This document shows positions 26,783 through 36,712 of a stretch of 64,000 bases of DNA, piece after piece. Source of the stretch: Chlorobiota bacterium (GTDB lineage Bacteria > Bacteroidota > Ignavibacteria > OLB7); assembly GCA_963711465.1 (NCBI GenBank), contig CAVQEG010000001.1:367724-431723 (forward strand). Reading direction: 5' to 3'. The notes beneath the pieces were generated by a model, which saw only the letters and a program-made list of their open reading frames with translations, was not told where the DNA came from and did not search any database. Within the stretch, counting starts at the first letter, position 1, and each line of letters opens with the position of its first letter. The translations under genes and the position numbers were made by a program.

Positions 26783-26907
26783 GAACGAAGGGAGAGGCGA
26801 CCGAACGAGAGGTCCCTGCTTGTGTCAGCCACTGTGCGGGAGAATCTAGGTGATTATCTTGTGACCTTCTCAATGCCCGAACGCATTCAAGTCACCCCGA
26901 CACGTCC

Positions 26908-28056
26908 ATGGACATCTCTTCGCAGATCGGTGTGATCGGCGGCGGTATCGCCGGCCTCGCCTGTGCTCGCGAGCTGGCTTCGCGGGGCGCTGATGTCGTA
27001 ATCGTCGAGCGGGCAAGGGTCGGCGCGGGCGCATCCAGGGCTGCGGCCGGAATGCTGGCTCCGCTGGTCGAGGCGCGGCTGGTGGAGAATCGGCTTGCGC
27101 AGTTCGGGATGGCGGCGATCGCCGCGTATCCCGACTACGTGCAGGAGCTGCAGGAGGAGACGGGCAGCATGGTCGATCTGCGCAGGGAGGGAACGCTGCT
27201 GGTGGCGACCGACCGCGACGAGGGCGAGATGCTCCGCCACCGGTACGCCGAACACGTCGCACTGGGACTGCCGGTCGAACAGCTCAACGGATACGAGTGT
27301 CGTCAGCTGGAGCCGCAGCTCTCTCCCGGAATTCCGGGAGGACTATACTCTCCTCAGGACCTTCAGATAGACAATCGTCGTCTGCTCGAAGCGCTGTTTG
27401 AATCCTGCAGAAAGCGCGGCGTCACGGTGCTCGAGGAGCAGGGAGTCGGGGAATTCGCTGACACGTCGGGGCGACTGGTGTATCGGGGCGCGACCGTGAC
27501 GATTCACGCGGACACGTGGGTCGTCGCCACCGGCGCGATGGGACCTGCACCGGGTGGGATGCTTTCGTGGCTGCACGAGGCAGTCCATCCGGAGAAGGGG
27601 CAGATCATCCGGCTCGATCAGTCGCAATGGCCGCTTGTGGAGCACGTCGTGCGCAGCCCGCGTATGTATCTGGTTCCGAAGTCCGACGGTCGGCTCGTAC
27701 TCGGCGCAAGCGCAGAGGACCGTGGGTTCGACGATTCGATCACTGCCGGTCAGATCTTCGAATTGTTGCGTGCGGCATGGGAATGCATTCCGGGCATTTA
27801 CGAACTGCCGATCGTCGAAACGACGGTGGGATTCCGTCCTGCAACCGTCGATCATCATCCGATCATCGGAGCGACGGAGATTCCGGGCGTCTTCGTCGCG
27901 ACCGGATATTTCCGACATGGAATTCTCTTCGCTCCGCTCGGTGCCCGGGTGCTTGCCGCTGCGGTGGAAGGCGGGACGCGTATGGGCGCGGACGAATCAC
28001 AATGGCTTGAACTCTTCTCCCCGGAACGTTTTGGTGCGACTGTTTCTCAACGGTGA
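26908..28056 (+). CDS. thiO: Glycine oxidase ThiO (FAD-dependent oxidoreductase, DAO family)
   Basis: It has the dinucleotide-binding N-terminus IGVIGGGIAGLACARELASRGADVVIVER. It sits immediately upstream of thiS and thiG and overlaps thiS. Confidence 0.8.
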   Translation: MDISSQIGVIGGGIAGLACARELASRGADVVIVERARVGAGASRAAAGMLAPLVEARLVENRLAQFGMAAIAAYPDYVQELQEETGSMVDLRREGTLLVATDRDEGEMLRHRYAEHVALGLPVEQLNGYECRQLEPQLSPGIPGGLYSPQDLQIDNRRLLEALFESCRKRGVTVLEEQGVGEFADTSGRLVYRGATVTIHADTWVVATGAMGPAPGGMLSWLHEAVHPEKGQIIRLDQSQWPLVEHVVRSPRMYLVPKSDGRLVLGASAEDRGFDDSITAGQIFELLRAAWECIPGIYELPIVETTVGFRPATVDHHPIIGATEIPGVFVATGYFRHGILFAPLGARVLAAAVEGGTRMGADESQWLELFSPERFGATVSQR

Positions 28057-28237
28057 ATCAATTCGGATTGAACCGACGACGCTGGGGCGGCTGCTGGAGG
28101 CGCAAGGCATCGCAACGGAATCGAGCGGCGTGGCGGTTGCGCTCAACGACGAGGTCGTTCCGCGAGCGCGCTGGTCGGAACAGCTCCTCGCCGACGGCGA
28201 CCGGCTCGAGGTGATCACGGCGACCGCCGGAGGGTGA
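28034..28237 (+). CDS. thiS: Sulfur-carrier protein ThiS
   Basis: This is the last 67 codons of track ORF 27554..28237: [26 protein letters not shown]...[10 protein letters not shown]. It has the ubiquitin-like ThiS length and a C-terminal GG. The start could be GTG at 28034 or TTG at 28031. Confidence 0.8.
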   Translation: MRLFLNGESIRIEPTTLGRLLEAQGIATESSGVAVALNDEVVPRARWSEQLLADGDRLEVITATAGG

Positions 28238-28331
28238 GTCGCCGACCGCGCGCGTGGCACCGACCGGACGTGCATCGACGGTGGGAACCGGCCAGGACAG
28301 GGTGAGCCTACGACTACGAATCGAGGATTGT

Positions 28332-29171
28332 ATGAACGACCAAGTGAACGGGACCGTGGTTGGGGACGCGGAGGATGGCGTGGCGGACACCGACGTCCTG
28401 GCGATCGCTGGTCTGCGATTGACGTCACGGTTGATTCTCGGCACGAGCCGATATCCCAACGCTCAGCAGATGCGCGAGTCGCTGCAGGCGTCGGGGACCG
28501 AGCTCGTGACGGTGTCGATCCGCCGACTGAACGTAGCCGATCGCGCATCGGGTTCGATCCTCGACTACATCGATCGCACGCGCTACCATCTGCTTCCGAA
28601 TACGGCCGGCTGCTACACGGCTCGCGACGCGGTACTGACTGCGCAGTTAGCGCGTGAGGCACTGGAGACGAACCTGATCAAGGTGGAGGTGATCGGCGAC
28701 GAGGACACGTTGTACCCCGACGTGGAGGTATTGCTGACCGCGGCGTCACAGCTGGTGAAGGACGGGTTCCAGGTCCTGCCGTACTGCAGCGACGATCCGG
28801 TGACGTGCAGGAAGCTGGAGGACATCGGGTGTGCGGCGGTGATGCCGCTAGCATCTCCGATCGGATCCGGAAGGGGGATTGCCAATCCGTACAACCTCCA
28901 GATCATCCGCGAGAAGGTATCTGTCCCATTGATTGTCGACGCTGGAATCGGGACGGCATCGGATGCGGCGCGGGCGATGGAGCTCGGTGCCGACGGGGTG
29001 CTGCTGAACACGGCGATCAGCGGGGCGCACGAACCGGTGCGGATGGCACTGGCGATGCGGCGCGCCGTCGAGGCGGGCCGTCTGGCCCATCGTGCCGGAC
29101 GGATTCCGACGCGCCTCTACGCCCGCGCCTCGACAACCCCGGAAGGCATGATCGACCGGGTGGAGGGATGA
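28332..29171 (+). CDS. thiG: Thiazole synthase ThiG
   Basis: Motifs include [64 protein letters not shown] and [15 protein letters not shown]. The start is taken at MNDQV, with an alternative upstream start at 28254. Confidence 0.9.
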   Translation: MNDQVNGTVVGDAEDGVADTDVLAIAGLRLTSRLILGTSRYPNAQQMRESLQASGTELVTVSIRRLNVADRASGSILDYIDRTRYHLLPNTAGCYTARDAVLTAQLAREALETNLIKVEVIGDEDTLYPDVEVLLTAASQLVKDGFQVLPYCSDDPVTCRKLEDIGCAAVMPLASPIGSGRGIANPYNLQIIREKVSVPLIVDAGIGTASDAARAMELGADGVLLNTAISGAHEPVRMALAMRRAVEAGRLAHRAGRIPTRLYARASTTPEGMIDRVEG

Positions 29172-29199
29172 GGGGGCGGGGACAAACGAATGCTCACCT

Positions 29200-30045
29200 A
29201 TGACAGCATCAATGACACAGTCAAGACCTGACGAAGCACTTAAGTCGGACGTGCAGACGTACTGGAATCAGCAACCGTGCGGCACGCAGTTCTCGAAGAG
29301 CGATCGGTTGACAAGGAAGTACTTCGACGAGATTGAAGAGTACAGGTATGCGGTTGAACCTGAGATTTTCGCATTTGCACAGTTTACTCGTTACCATGGC
29401 CGCCGGGTATTGGAGGTGGGCGTCGGGGCCGGCACGGACTTTCTCCAGTGGGCCAGGTCCGGTGCTCAGGCAACGGGCATCGATGCCACCGTCCAAGGCA
29501 TAGACCATACGCGCCGCCGCCTGGAAGAATATGGCTTCCCACAATCGGACCTGATGCAAGCGGATTGCGAGAATCTGCCATTTGCTTCAAATACATTTGA
29601 CTTGGTTTACAGTTGGGGCGTCATCCATCACACACCTGACACGGGAAAGGCCCTGCAGGAAATCGTCCGTGTCTGTAAACCAGGAGGGGAAGCCAAGGTC
29701 ATGGTATACCACCGGCGGTCGCTCCTGGTCGCGTTCTTTTGGGTACGATATGCATTGTTGGCCGGACGTCCTTGGCGTTCGCCCTCGTGGTGCCTCTTTC
29801 ACCGAATGGAGAGTATTGGTACAAAGGCGTACACACGAGATGAAGTCAAGCAATTGCTGGTGAATCTGCCGGTGGCCGACGTTCGCATCGAAACGAAGCT
29901 CACGTACTATGACCGGATGGGGCGACAGGGGCGCATCCTTCGTACAATCGGCCGATTTTTATCGCGACTGCTCGGTGACCGCTTTGGATGGTTTCTGACG
30001 TTGAATTTTCGAAAGCAGGATGTCTTACGGACGTCGACTGCATAG
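29200..30045 (+). CDS. Class I SAM-dependent methyltransferase (Methyltransf_11-like), embedded in the thiamine cluster
   Basis: It has SAM motif I (VLEVGVGAGTDFLQWARSGAQATGIDA) and post-I/II motifs (ADCENLPFASNTFDLVYSWGVIHHTPD; KPGGEAKVMVY). Confidence 0.8.
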   Translation: MTASMTQSRPDEALKSDVQTYWNQQPCGTQFSKSDRLTRKYFDEIEEYRYAVEPEIFAFAQFTRYHGRRVLEVGVGAGTDFLQWARSGAQATGIDATVQGIDHTRRRLEEYGFPQSDLMQADCENLPFASNTFDLVYSWGVIHHTPDTGKALQEIVRVCKPGGEAKVMVYHRRSLLVAFFWVRYALLAGRPWRSPSWCLFHRMESIGTKAYTRDEVKQLLVNLPVADVRIETKLTYYDRMGRQGRILRTIGRFLSRLLGDRFGWFLTLNFRKQDVLRTSTA

Positions 30046-30709
30046 CGCGTTTGACCTGGCGCCTGTGAATACGCAACTACTTACCCTTCCATTTCGCTTC
30101 ATCGCAATAGCGGGAAGTTCTCGCTCGATCGATCGATCGATTGAGATGGCTCGTTCATCGTCTCGTCCGATCGGTCTCATGTTGAGGGATAGATTCCACG
30201 ATCGCGAAAGAACGGCCCGCCTTGTAGAGTACTTCCATTTGCGGAATCCGGTGGGACCGATTGTAGCCATCTCCAACGGCTACGGTGATCTCGGGCTGGA
30301 ATCGGTCCATTTCCCATCGAAGCATCTGCAATCGCTACATGCACCCACGAATCGTCAATTCCGTGGATGGCGGGGATATTCGACTCATAATATGTCGCAG
30401 GTATGTCGCGCGAACGAGTTGCGAGCCGACTATGTCGCCTTCGGACCTGTCTTTCCCCCGAAATCCAAGGTGGGAGGCAAGCCCTCGGGATTGGCGGGAT
30501 TGCATGATGCATGCAAATCCAGTCAGTGCCCGGTATTCGCCATTGGCGGTGTCGATGCTACGAATTTCCGCGACTGTATTGAAGCAGGGGCCTACGGCAT
30601 CGCGTCCATTTGGTTGACCGATCCTGAGAACGCGGAGTCCGCCAGTCTCGTAATCCGAGGGTTAGATCAAGATGCGCATTGTCCTATCGATCGCCGGGTC
30701 GGACTGTAG
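30020..30709 (+). CDS. ThiE/TenI-family protein (divergent thiamine-phosphate synthase or thiazole tautomerase-like)
   Basis: Motifs are IGLMLRDR, VHFPSKHL, GYSTHN, ADYVAFGPVFPPKSK and CPVFAIGGV. These line up with the ThiE/TenI TIM-barrel signatures. The start is uncertain because the track start overlaps the methyltransferase by 26 nt. Confidence 0.65.
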   Translation: MSYGRRLHSAFDLAPVNTQLLTLPFRFIAIAGSSRSIDRSIEMARSSSRPIGLMLRDRFHDRERTARLVEYFHLRNPVGPIVAISNGYGDLGLESVHFPSKHLQSLHAPTNRQFRGWRGYSTHNMSQVCRANELRADYVAFGPVFPPKSKVGGKPSGLAGLHDACKSSQCPVFAIGGVDATNFRDCIEAGAYGIASIWLTDPENAESASLVIRGLDQDAHCPIDRRVGL

Positions 30710-31553
30710 CGGTGGCGCTGGTATTCAGGCGGATCTGAAGACTTTCGAGGCGCACGGCGTCTACGGGGCGACCGTCATCACCGCTGTTACAGCCCAGAAT
30801 GCGACGGCGGTGTCGGACATTCGTGTCGTGGAACCCGAGCACGTGGAGGCGCAGCTGAGGGCCGTGGCGGAAGGTTTCCCCGTTGATGCCATAAAGGTCG
30901 GGATGCTCGCTTCGGCGGAAACGGCCAAACTGATCGGTGAGTTCGCGGCGAAGCGTTGGGCAGGCGTCCCGATAGTGGTGGACCCGGTAATGACGGCAAC
31001 GACCGGGACGTCGCTGGTTGGAGCGGGCGTGGTTGATTCTCTAACCAAATATCTGCTTCCGCGAGCGACAGTGATTACGCCCAATCCTTCGGAGGCCGAG
31101 CGGTTGGCGGGGCGGCCAATCCAAAGTCTGGCTGAGATGGTAGGGGCTTGCGAGCAGTTATGCACGTTGGGAAGTCGTTACGCGCTCATTACTGGTGGCG
31201 ATCTTACCAGCGACATGTGGCGGTCCGGTTCACCCGAGTGTTGTGACTTGCTCGGCGACGGGCGTCGCTGGCTGCTGTACCGAAGTCCGCGGATCGGAAC
31301 CGGCCACAAACATGGAACGGGTTGCACCATGTCTTCAGCGATTGCCGCCAACCTCGCGCAGGGATTGTCCGTTGAGTACGCCGTCCTTCATGCTAAGAAC
31401 TACATTGTAGCGACGATCCGCCGCGCGCCTGACATTTGCTCAGAGAATGGGCCGCTACGGCACTCGCCTGGTTGCTCCGCAACCGCGCCATCGCCATTGG
31501 CGGCTTCTTCGATACTCGACGCCATCGATGTTGCCCGCCGTCCCGGTTCTTGA
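30672..31553 (+). CDS. thiD: Hydroxymethylpyrimidine/phosphomethylpyrimidine kinase ThiD
   Basis: Motifs are MRIVLSIAGSDCSGGAGIQADLKTF, VYGATVITAVTAQN, DAIKVGML, VVDPVM and GTGCTMSSAIAANLA. Confidence 0.9.
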   Translation: MRIVLSIAGSDCSGGAGIQADLKTFEAHGVYGATVITAVTAQNATAVSDIRVVEPEHVEAQLRAVAEGFPVDAIKVGMLASAETAKLIGEFAAKRWAGVPIVVDPVMTATTGTSLVGAGVVDSLTKYLLPRATVITPNPSEAERLAGRPIQSLAEMVGACEQLCTLGSRYALITGGDLTSDMWRSGSPECCDLLGDGRRWLLYRSPRIGTGHKHGTGCTMSSAIAANLAQGLSVEYAVLHAKNYIVATIRRAPDICSENGPLRHSPGCSATAPSPLAASSILDAIDVARRPGS

Positions 31554-31696
31554 TAATTGATGGACAGTGCTGTACCTTCCTATCTTTACACACCATGGCG
31601 TGCCTCATTCCGAATCGTCCACGCGGTCGGAGTTTCGGGTCATCAAATTAGTGCCGGTTAACACTCCACACTTCCGGGCCGGTGCCCCCAGTACCT

Positions 31697-33568
31697 ATGA
31701 AAGTCATCACATTTCTACTGTATTTCGTACTTGTCGCTTGTCTTGCTGCCTGCGGAAGTGACTCGGGAGTCGTGACACCGCCGAGTACAGGATCCATTCG
31801 GGGCATTGTTTTGAATGCAGCCACGGGTCAACCGGTGGTCTCGGCAACAGTTGCGACGATCCCATCGTCATCGGTTGCCACAACGGACGTGTCAGGGAAG
31901 TTTCTGCTCCAGGGGCTCGAGCCTGGTCAGTTCGTAGTCGTGGCGACTAGTCCCAGCGTCGGAACCGGTATTGATACGGTTTTGGTTGCGGCAGGGGACA
32001 CGGCAGCTGCAACCATCATTCTCGGTGCCGATGGGTCAACGCACTCGGACACGCTCGTCGCGCCGTTTGCTCCCACCCCGACCGATGGTTCACAGAATCA
32101 GCAGGTGTTCCAGGTACTCGGATGGCGCGCCGCTGGGCCTGGCGTGCTGAAATTCGACATCTACTTTGGGACTGATCCTCAGCCTCAGCTTGCTCGCAGC
32201 AATCACGACACCAATCGCTTCGTGGTCGGCAGTCTGCAGCCCGGCACCCAGTATTTTTGGCGAGTCGTTGCTCATGACACTACGGGAGCGGTGAAATCCA
32301 GCCCCGTTTGGACATTTTCGACGACGACGCTTGTAAACAATAACCCACCACTCAAGCCAAACACGCCGGCACCTGCGAATGGAGCGGTGTCGCAGCCCTA
32401 TTCGCTGACGCTCCGGTGGTCCAGTTCGGATCCCGACAACGACCCAATTACCTATGATGTGCTCTTCGGGACTGACCCGACGCCTTCGACGGCGGTCTCT
32501 CAGAACTCGCCGACGGCACGGTTTGATGTGTCGGGCCTTGCACAACAGACTACATATTTTTGGCAGGTAATTGCTCGGGATAATCACAATGGCGTCACGG
32601 CGGGACCGGTCTGGTCCTTTACGACGAAGACCAACCTGCCTCCCAATGCACCAAATGGCCCAAGCCCTTCGAATGGTTCGGTGCGGCAAGCGCTCAACCT
32701 GCAGCTTCGTTGGAATGCCACCGATGACGATGGCGATCCACTGCAGTTTGACGTCTACTTTGGGACGGACAACCCACCGACCACGCGCCTTGCGTCATCC
32801 ATAACTGCGAAATCTATTTCCGTTAATGGACTGCAGGAGGGCGTCACGTGCTATTGGCAGGTAGTCGCACGCGATCCCTCGGGCGGAGAGACTACCGGAC
32901 CCGTTTGGAGCTTCTCGACCACTGAACCCTATACGCGTGCGCTGATCGCCCACTTACCATTGGACGGAGATGCGTCTGATGTTTCGGGGCACGGCCACGA
33001 TGGAACTGTCATTGGTGCCGTCCCGATTCCCGATCGGCATGGTCGTCCATCCGGTGCCCTGCATTTTAATGGGTTCAATGATTATGTCCGCGTCCCACAT
33101 GATCCCGAGTTGAATTTTGAATCGCAGTTGTCCGATTTCACAATCTCTGCTTGGGTAGAGCTGGATGGATCTCAGGATACCTACGATGGCATTGTCGCCA
33201 AGGGCCCTGTTGAGACCGACTATCCCGGCTACATGCTGGTTATTTTAAAGGGTGACCGCATGGGCGTCGCTGTTGGCGAGCCGGGGTTCATCGTTGGTAA
33301 TGGGTCCACTGGACTCAACGACGGCCACTGGCACCTCTTGACGTTGGTTGTCAAGGCTCAAGATCACGTAGCCCAGTTATACGTTGACGGGCGACTGGAC
33401 GGTCAGGCGGCCGATCCTTCTGTCGATTTGACGTTCGAAAATTCGGAGCCACTATATATCGGAGTCGAGCGCAATAGGAAGGATTTCTTCACGGGCTCCA
33501 TCGACGATGTCCGCATCTACAATTATGCATTGGCACCTTCCGATATCGTGAGCCTGTTTCTTGAGTAG
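31697..33568 (+). CDS. Lipoprotein with a CarboxypepD_reg-like domain, 3-4 FN3/Ig-like repeats and a C-terminal LamG (concanavalin-A-like) domain
   Basis: The start is trimmed to MKVITFLLYFVLVACLAACGS (lipobox). It has GSIRGIVLNAATGQPV...TTDVSGKFLLQGLEPGQFVV. The motif YFW(R/Q)V(V/I)A(H/R)D...GPVW(T/S)F(S/T)T recurs three times. The C-terminal LamG_3-type segment is LPLDGDASDVSGHGHDGTVIG...ALHFNG..DYVRVPHD...DDVRIYNYAL. Confidence 0.8.
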   Translation: MKVITFLLYFVLVACLAACGSDSGVVTPPSTGSIRGIVLNAATGQPVVSATVATIPSSSVATTDVSGKFLLQGLEPGQFVVVATSPSVGTGIDTVLVAAGDTAAATIILGADGSTHSDTLVAPFAPTPTDGSQNQQVFQVLGWRAAGPGVLKFDIYFGTDPQPQLARSNHDTNRFVVGSLQPGTQYFWRVVAHDTTGAVKSSPVWTFSTTTLVNNNPPLKPNTPAPANGAVSQPYSLTLRWSSSDPDNDPITYDVLFGTDPTPSTAVSQNSPTARFDVSGLAQQTTYFWQVIARDNHNGVTAGPVWSFTTKTNLPPNAPNGPSPSNGSVRQALNLQLRWNATDDDGDPLQFDVYFGTDNPPTTRLASSITAKSISVNGLQEGVTCYWQVVARDPSGGETTGPVWSFSTTEPYTRALIAHLPLDGDASDVSGHGHDGTVIGAVPIPDRHGRPSGALHFNGFNDYVRVPHDPELNFESQLSDFTISAWVELDGSQDTYDGIVAKGPVETDYPGYMLVILKGDRMGVAVGEPGFIVGNGSTGLNDGHWHLLTLVVKAQDHVAQLYVDGRLDGQAADPSVDLTFENSEPLYIGVERNRKDFFTGSIDDVRIYNYALAPSDIVSLFLE

Positions 33569-33802
33569 CGGTGGTTTCCATCAGTCATCTGAAGCGTAGC
33601 GTTTGTCTCCGGGGAGACGGATTGCCCGGCAGAATTGGTCTGAGGGTTCTGCCAGGGCAGTGAATGGCCGTCCTTGGTATCGAAGGTTGATTCCCATCGT
33701 TCGCTCCATCGCGATAGTTGCGCAGTGACCACCTCGAGTGCGGCTATCGACGACGTTGTCCTCGACTTCATGGACGGCCGTCCGTCATTGTTCCTCCATC
33801 GT

Positions 33803-36646
33803 ATGTCATCCATAACGCCTCGCCTCCTCGCCATCACGGTGATCGCCGTGGTCACTGTGGTGGCCGCCGCCTCCGCTCAACCGGCGGTCTCGGATTCCAT
33901 CCCGCTCGATCCCCATGTCCTCCATGGTCAACTGGACAATGGGCTCACCTACTATATCCTCGAAAATCGCCATCCGGAACATCGCGCCGAGCTTCGACTC
34001 GTCGTCAACGCCGGCTCCGTGCTCGAGGACGAGGATCAGCGCGGGTTGGCCCACCTGGTCGAACACATGGCCTTCAACGGCACTACGCATTTCAAGAAGG
34101 GAGAACTCGTCAGCTTCCTCGAATCCGTGGGGATCCGCTTCGGCGCCGACCTCAATGCCTTCACCGGTTTCGATGAAACCGTCTACATGCTGCAGGTGCC
34201 CACCGATACCGCACGAATCCTTTCCACCGGTATCCAGGTGCTCGAGGACTGGGCCCACGGTCTGCTCTTCGACGATGAGGAAATCGATAAGGAACGCGGT
34301 GTCGTCCGTGAAGAGTGGCGGCTGGGGCGAGGCGCCGATGAACGGATCAGCGACAAACAGTTCCCAGTGCTGCTCAAGGGATCACGCTATGCGGAACGGC
34401 TCCCGATCGGTCAGCTCGATGTGATCGAACATGCCCCGCACGACGTGCTGCGACGATTCTACCGCGACTGGTATCGACCCGATCTCATGGCCGTCGTGAT
34501 CGTCGGTGATTTCGATGCGAAGAACGTCGAACGCATGGTCCGGGATCACTTCTCGAACATTCCCATGCCCGCGTCGCCACGGCCCCGTCGACTCTTCGAT
34601 GTACAGACACCGGATTCGCCTCGCGTGGCTGTCGTCACCGATCCGGAGCAGACACGGTGGGATCTCGAGGTCGACTATATGATTCCGAAGGAGCCGCATG
34701 GCACCGTCGGAGACTTTCGTAAGTCGCTCGTCGAGCAGCTCTACTCCCGGATGTTCAATTCGCGACTCGGTGAGCTTCGACAGCGACCCGATGCGCCGTT
34801 TCTCTACGCGTCCGGTTCGCGCTCGGGCCTGGCACGTACCGTCGACTTCTACACGCTTCGAGCCGCGGCAAAGGAAGGCCATGCCACCGACGCACTTCGT
34901 TCGGTGTTCACCGAGGCCGAACGCGTTCGACGATTCGGATTTACCAATTCTGAATTCGAACGGGCGAAGACCGAACTGCTGCGCTCGATCGAGCAGTCCT
35001 ACGACGAACGCGACAAGAGCGGATCGGGCGGCCTTACCTGGCAGTTCGTCGGAAACTATCTCGACGGTTCGCCAGCTCCGGGAATCGATCGTACGTACCA
35101 GCTGTACAAGCAGCTCGTTCCAACGATCACCGTCGGTGAGGTCAATGCGCTCTCGGGTGCATACATGTCGTCCAGCCAGCCGGTCGTCCTGCTCGGTGCT
35201 CCCGAAAAGAAGGATGTTCCCGCGCCTCGCGGAGCCGATCTTCTCGCTGTGATCGACAGCGTGCGCTCGATGGATCTCAAGCCGTGGGTGGATGCCGTTT
35301 CGGACAAGCCCCTCATCGCAGCGCCGCTGGAGCAGCGCCCGATCGTCGGGACCGACAGCGTCGCCGGACTCGGCATTACGAAGTGGACACTTGCCAACGG
35401 CGTCACCGTCTACGTGAAGCCGACAGACTTCAAGAACGATCAGGTGCTCGTGACGGCGTTCTCGCCGGGAGGCACGTCGCTGGTCGCCGACAGTGACTTC
35501 GTCAATGCATCATTCGCCGCATCGATCGTTGGCGATTGCGGGCTTGGGAGCTTCGACGAGGTGCAATTGCAGAAGAAGCTTGCCGGCAAGGTCGCGTACG
35601 TTTCCCCGTACATCGCAGAGCGGGAGGAGGGGCTCTCCGGCAGCGCATCGCCGAAGGACCTCTCGACACTGATGCAGTTGATCTACCTCACGTTCACCTC
35701 GCCGCGGATAGACAGCGATGCGTTCGCGTCGTTCGTCGCCCGTGGCCGCGAGGCATACAGGAATCGAAGTGCGAGTCCCGAGAGTGCATTCAGCGATACG
35801 CTGCAGGTGACGTTCGCCGGACACAACATTCGCCGAATGCCGCGGACGGAGGAGACGTACGACAAGCTCCGGCTCAATCGGGCGTTCAACATCTACCGGG
35901 ATCGATTCTCCGATGCCGGGGACTTCACATTTGTGTTCGTTGGGTCCGTCACGCCGGAACAGCTCAGGCCACTGGTCGAAACGTATCTGGCCAACCTGCC
36001 GTCGAGCGGTCGAACAGAGTCACCAAGGGACATCATCGTGCCCGATCCCCAGGGCATCATCGAAAAGACCGTTCGTCGCGGTATCGAACCGAAGAGTGAA
36101 GTAGCTATCGTCTTCAGCGACACCCTCACATCAGCGGATCGAATGACGCGCTCGACGATCTCGGCGATGTGCGCGGCGCTGGACATCCGACTGCGCAACC
36201 TGCTGCGCGAGGACAAGAGCGGCACGTATTACGTCCGGGTCCAGCCCTCGACCGACAAGTATCCGCGCCCGGAGTACAGCGTCAGGATCTCGTTCGGATG
36301 TGCTCCCGATCGTGTCGATGAGCTCAGTGATGCGGTGTTCCAGCAGATCGAGCAGGTGAAGGCCGAGGGATTCACGTCCGAAACCGTCGAGAAGGTGCGG
36401 AAGATTCGCCAGCGTTCTCTGGAGACCGCCCGTCAGGAGAACTGGTTCTGGCTGAGTCGGATCGAGGATGCCCTGACGTATCACGAGCCCGTGGAGCAGA
36501 TCCTCGACGATGGACCCTACATCGAGGCAATCACGCCTGACGCACTGCGAACGGCGGTTCTTCGTTACCTCGATCCGAACGACCACGTTCGCGTCGTACT
36601 CGTTCCGCAGGAATCCACGGTTGCAGGCAAGGCCGAAGCGCAGTAG
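33803..36646 (+). CDS. M16-family (pitrilysin/insulinase-like) zinc peptidase, double-module, secreted
   Basis: The start is trimmed to MSSITPRLLAITVIAVVTVVAAASAQ. It has the inverted zinc motif HLVEHMAFNGT (HxxEH) with a downstream E (REEWR). At about 947 aa it is consistent with two M16 active/inactive module pairs. Confidence 0.85.
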   Translation: MSSITPRLLAITVIAVVTVVAAASAQPAVSDSIPLDPHVLHGQLDNGLTYYILENRHPEHRAELRLVVNAGSVLEDEDQRGLAHLVEHMAFNGTTHFKKGELVSFLESVGIRFGADLNAFTGFDETVYMLQVPTDTARILSTGIQVLEDWAHGLLFDDEEIDKERGVVREEWRLGRGADERISDKQFPVLLKGSRYAERLPIGQLDVIEHAPHDVLRRFYRDWYRPDLMAVVIVGDFDAKNVERMVRDHFSNIPMPASPRPRRLFDVQTPDSPRVAVVTDPEQTRWDLEVDYMIPKEPHGTVGDFRKSLVEQLYSRMFNSRLGELRQRPDAPFLYASGSRSGLARTVDFYTLRAAAKEGHATDALRSVFTEAERVRRFGFTNSEFERAKTELLRSIEQSYDERDKSGSGGLTWQFVGNYLDGSPAPGIDRTYQLYKQLVPTITVGEVNALSGAYMSSSQPVVLLGAPEKKDVPAPRGADLLAVIDSVRSMDLKPWVDAVSDKPLIAAPLEQRPIVGTDSVAGLGITKWTLANGVTVYVKPTDFKNDQVLVTAFSPGGTSLVADSDFVNASFAASIVGDCGLGSFDEVQLQKKLAGKVAYVSPYIAEREEGLSGSASPKDLSTLMQLIYLTFTSPRIDSDAFASFVARGREAYRNRSASPESAFSDTLQVTFAGHNIRRMPRTEETYDKLRLNRAFNIYRDRFSDAGDFTFVFVGSVTPEQLRPLVETYLANLPSSGRTESPRDIIVPDPQGIIEKTVRRGIEPKSEVAIVFSDTLTSADRMTRSTISAMCAALDIRLRNLLREDKSGTYYVRVQPSTDKYPRPEYSVRISFGCAPDRVDELSDAVFQQIEQVKAEGFTSETVEKVRKIRQRSLETARQENWFWLSRIEDALTYHEPVEQILDDGPYIEAITPDALRTAVLRYLDPNDHVRVVLVPQESTVAGKAEAQ

Positions 36647-36712
36647 TGCCGCGCGGCGACCGACGGTGTCCGGTGCACCATCCGCATCGGCTTCCCGCAC
36701 AGCTCAAGACCC

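Noticed and set aside
26783-26907. A TPP riboswitch (THI-box) might lie upstream of thiO.
   Set aside because: I looked for the conserved CUGAGA and ACCUGAUCUGGAUAAUGCCAGCG-like cores on the plus strand and did not find them. This was an eye scan only, so an Infernal search is still needed.
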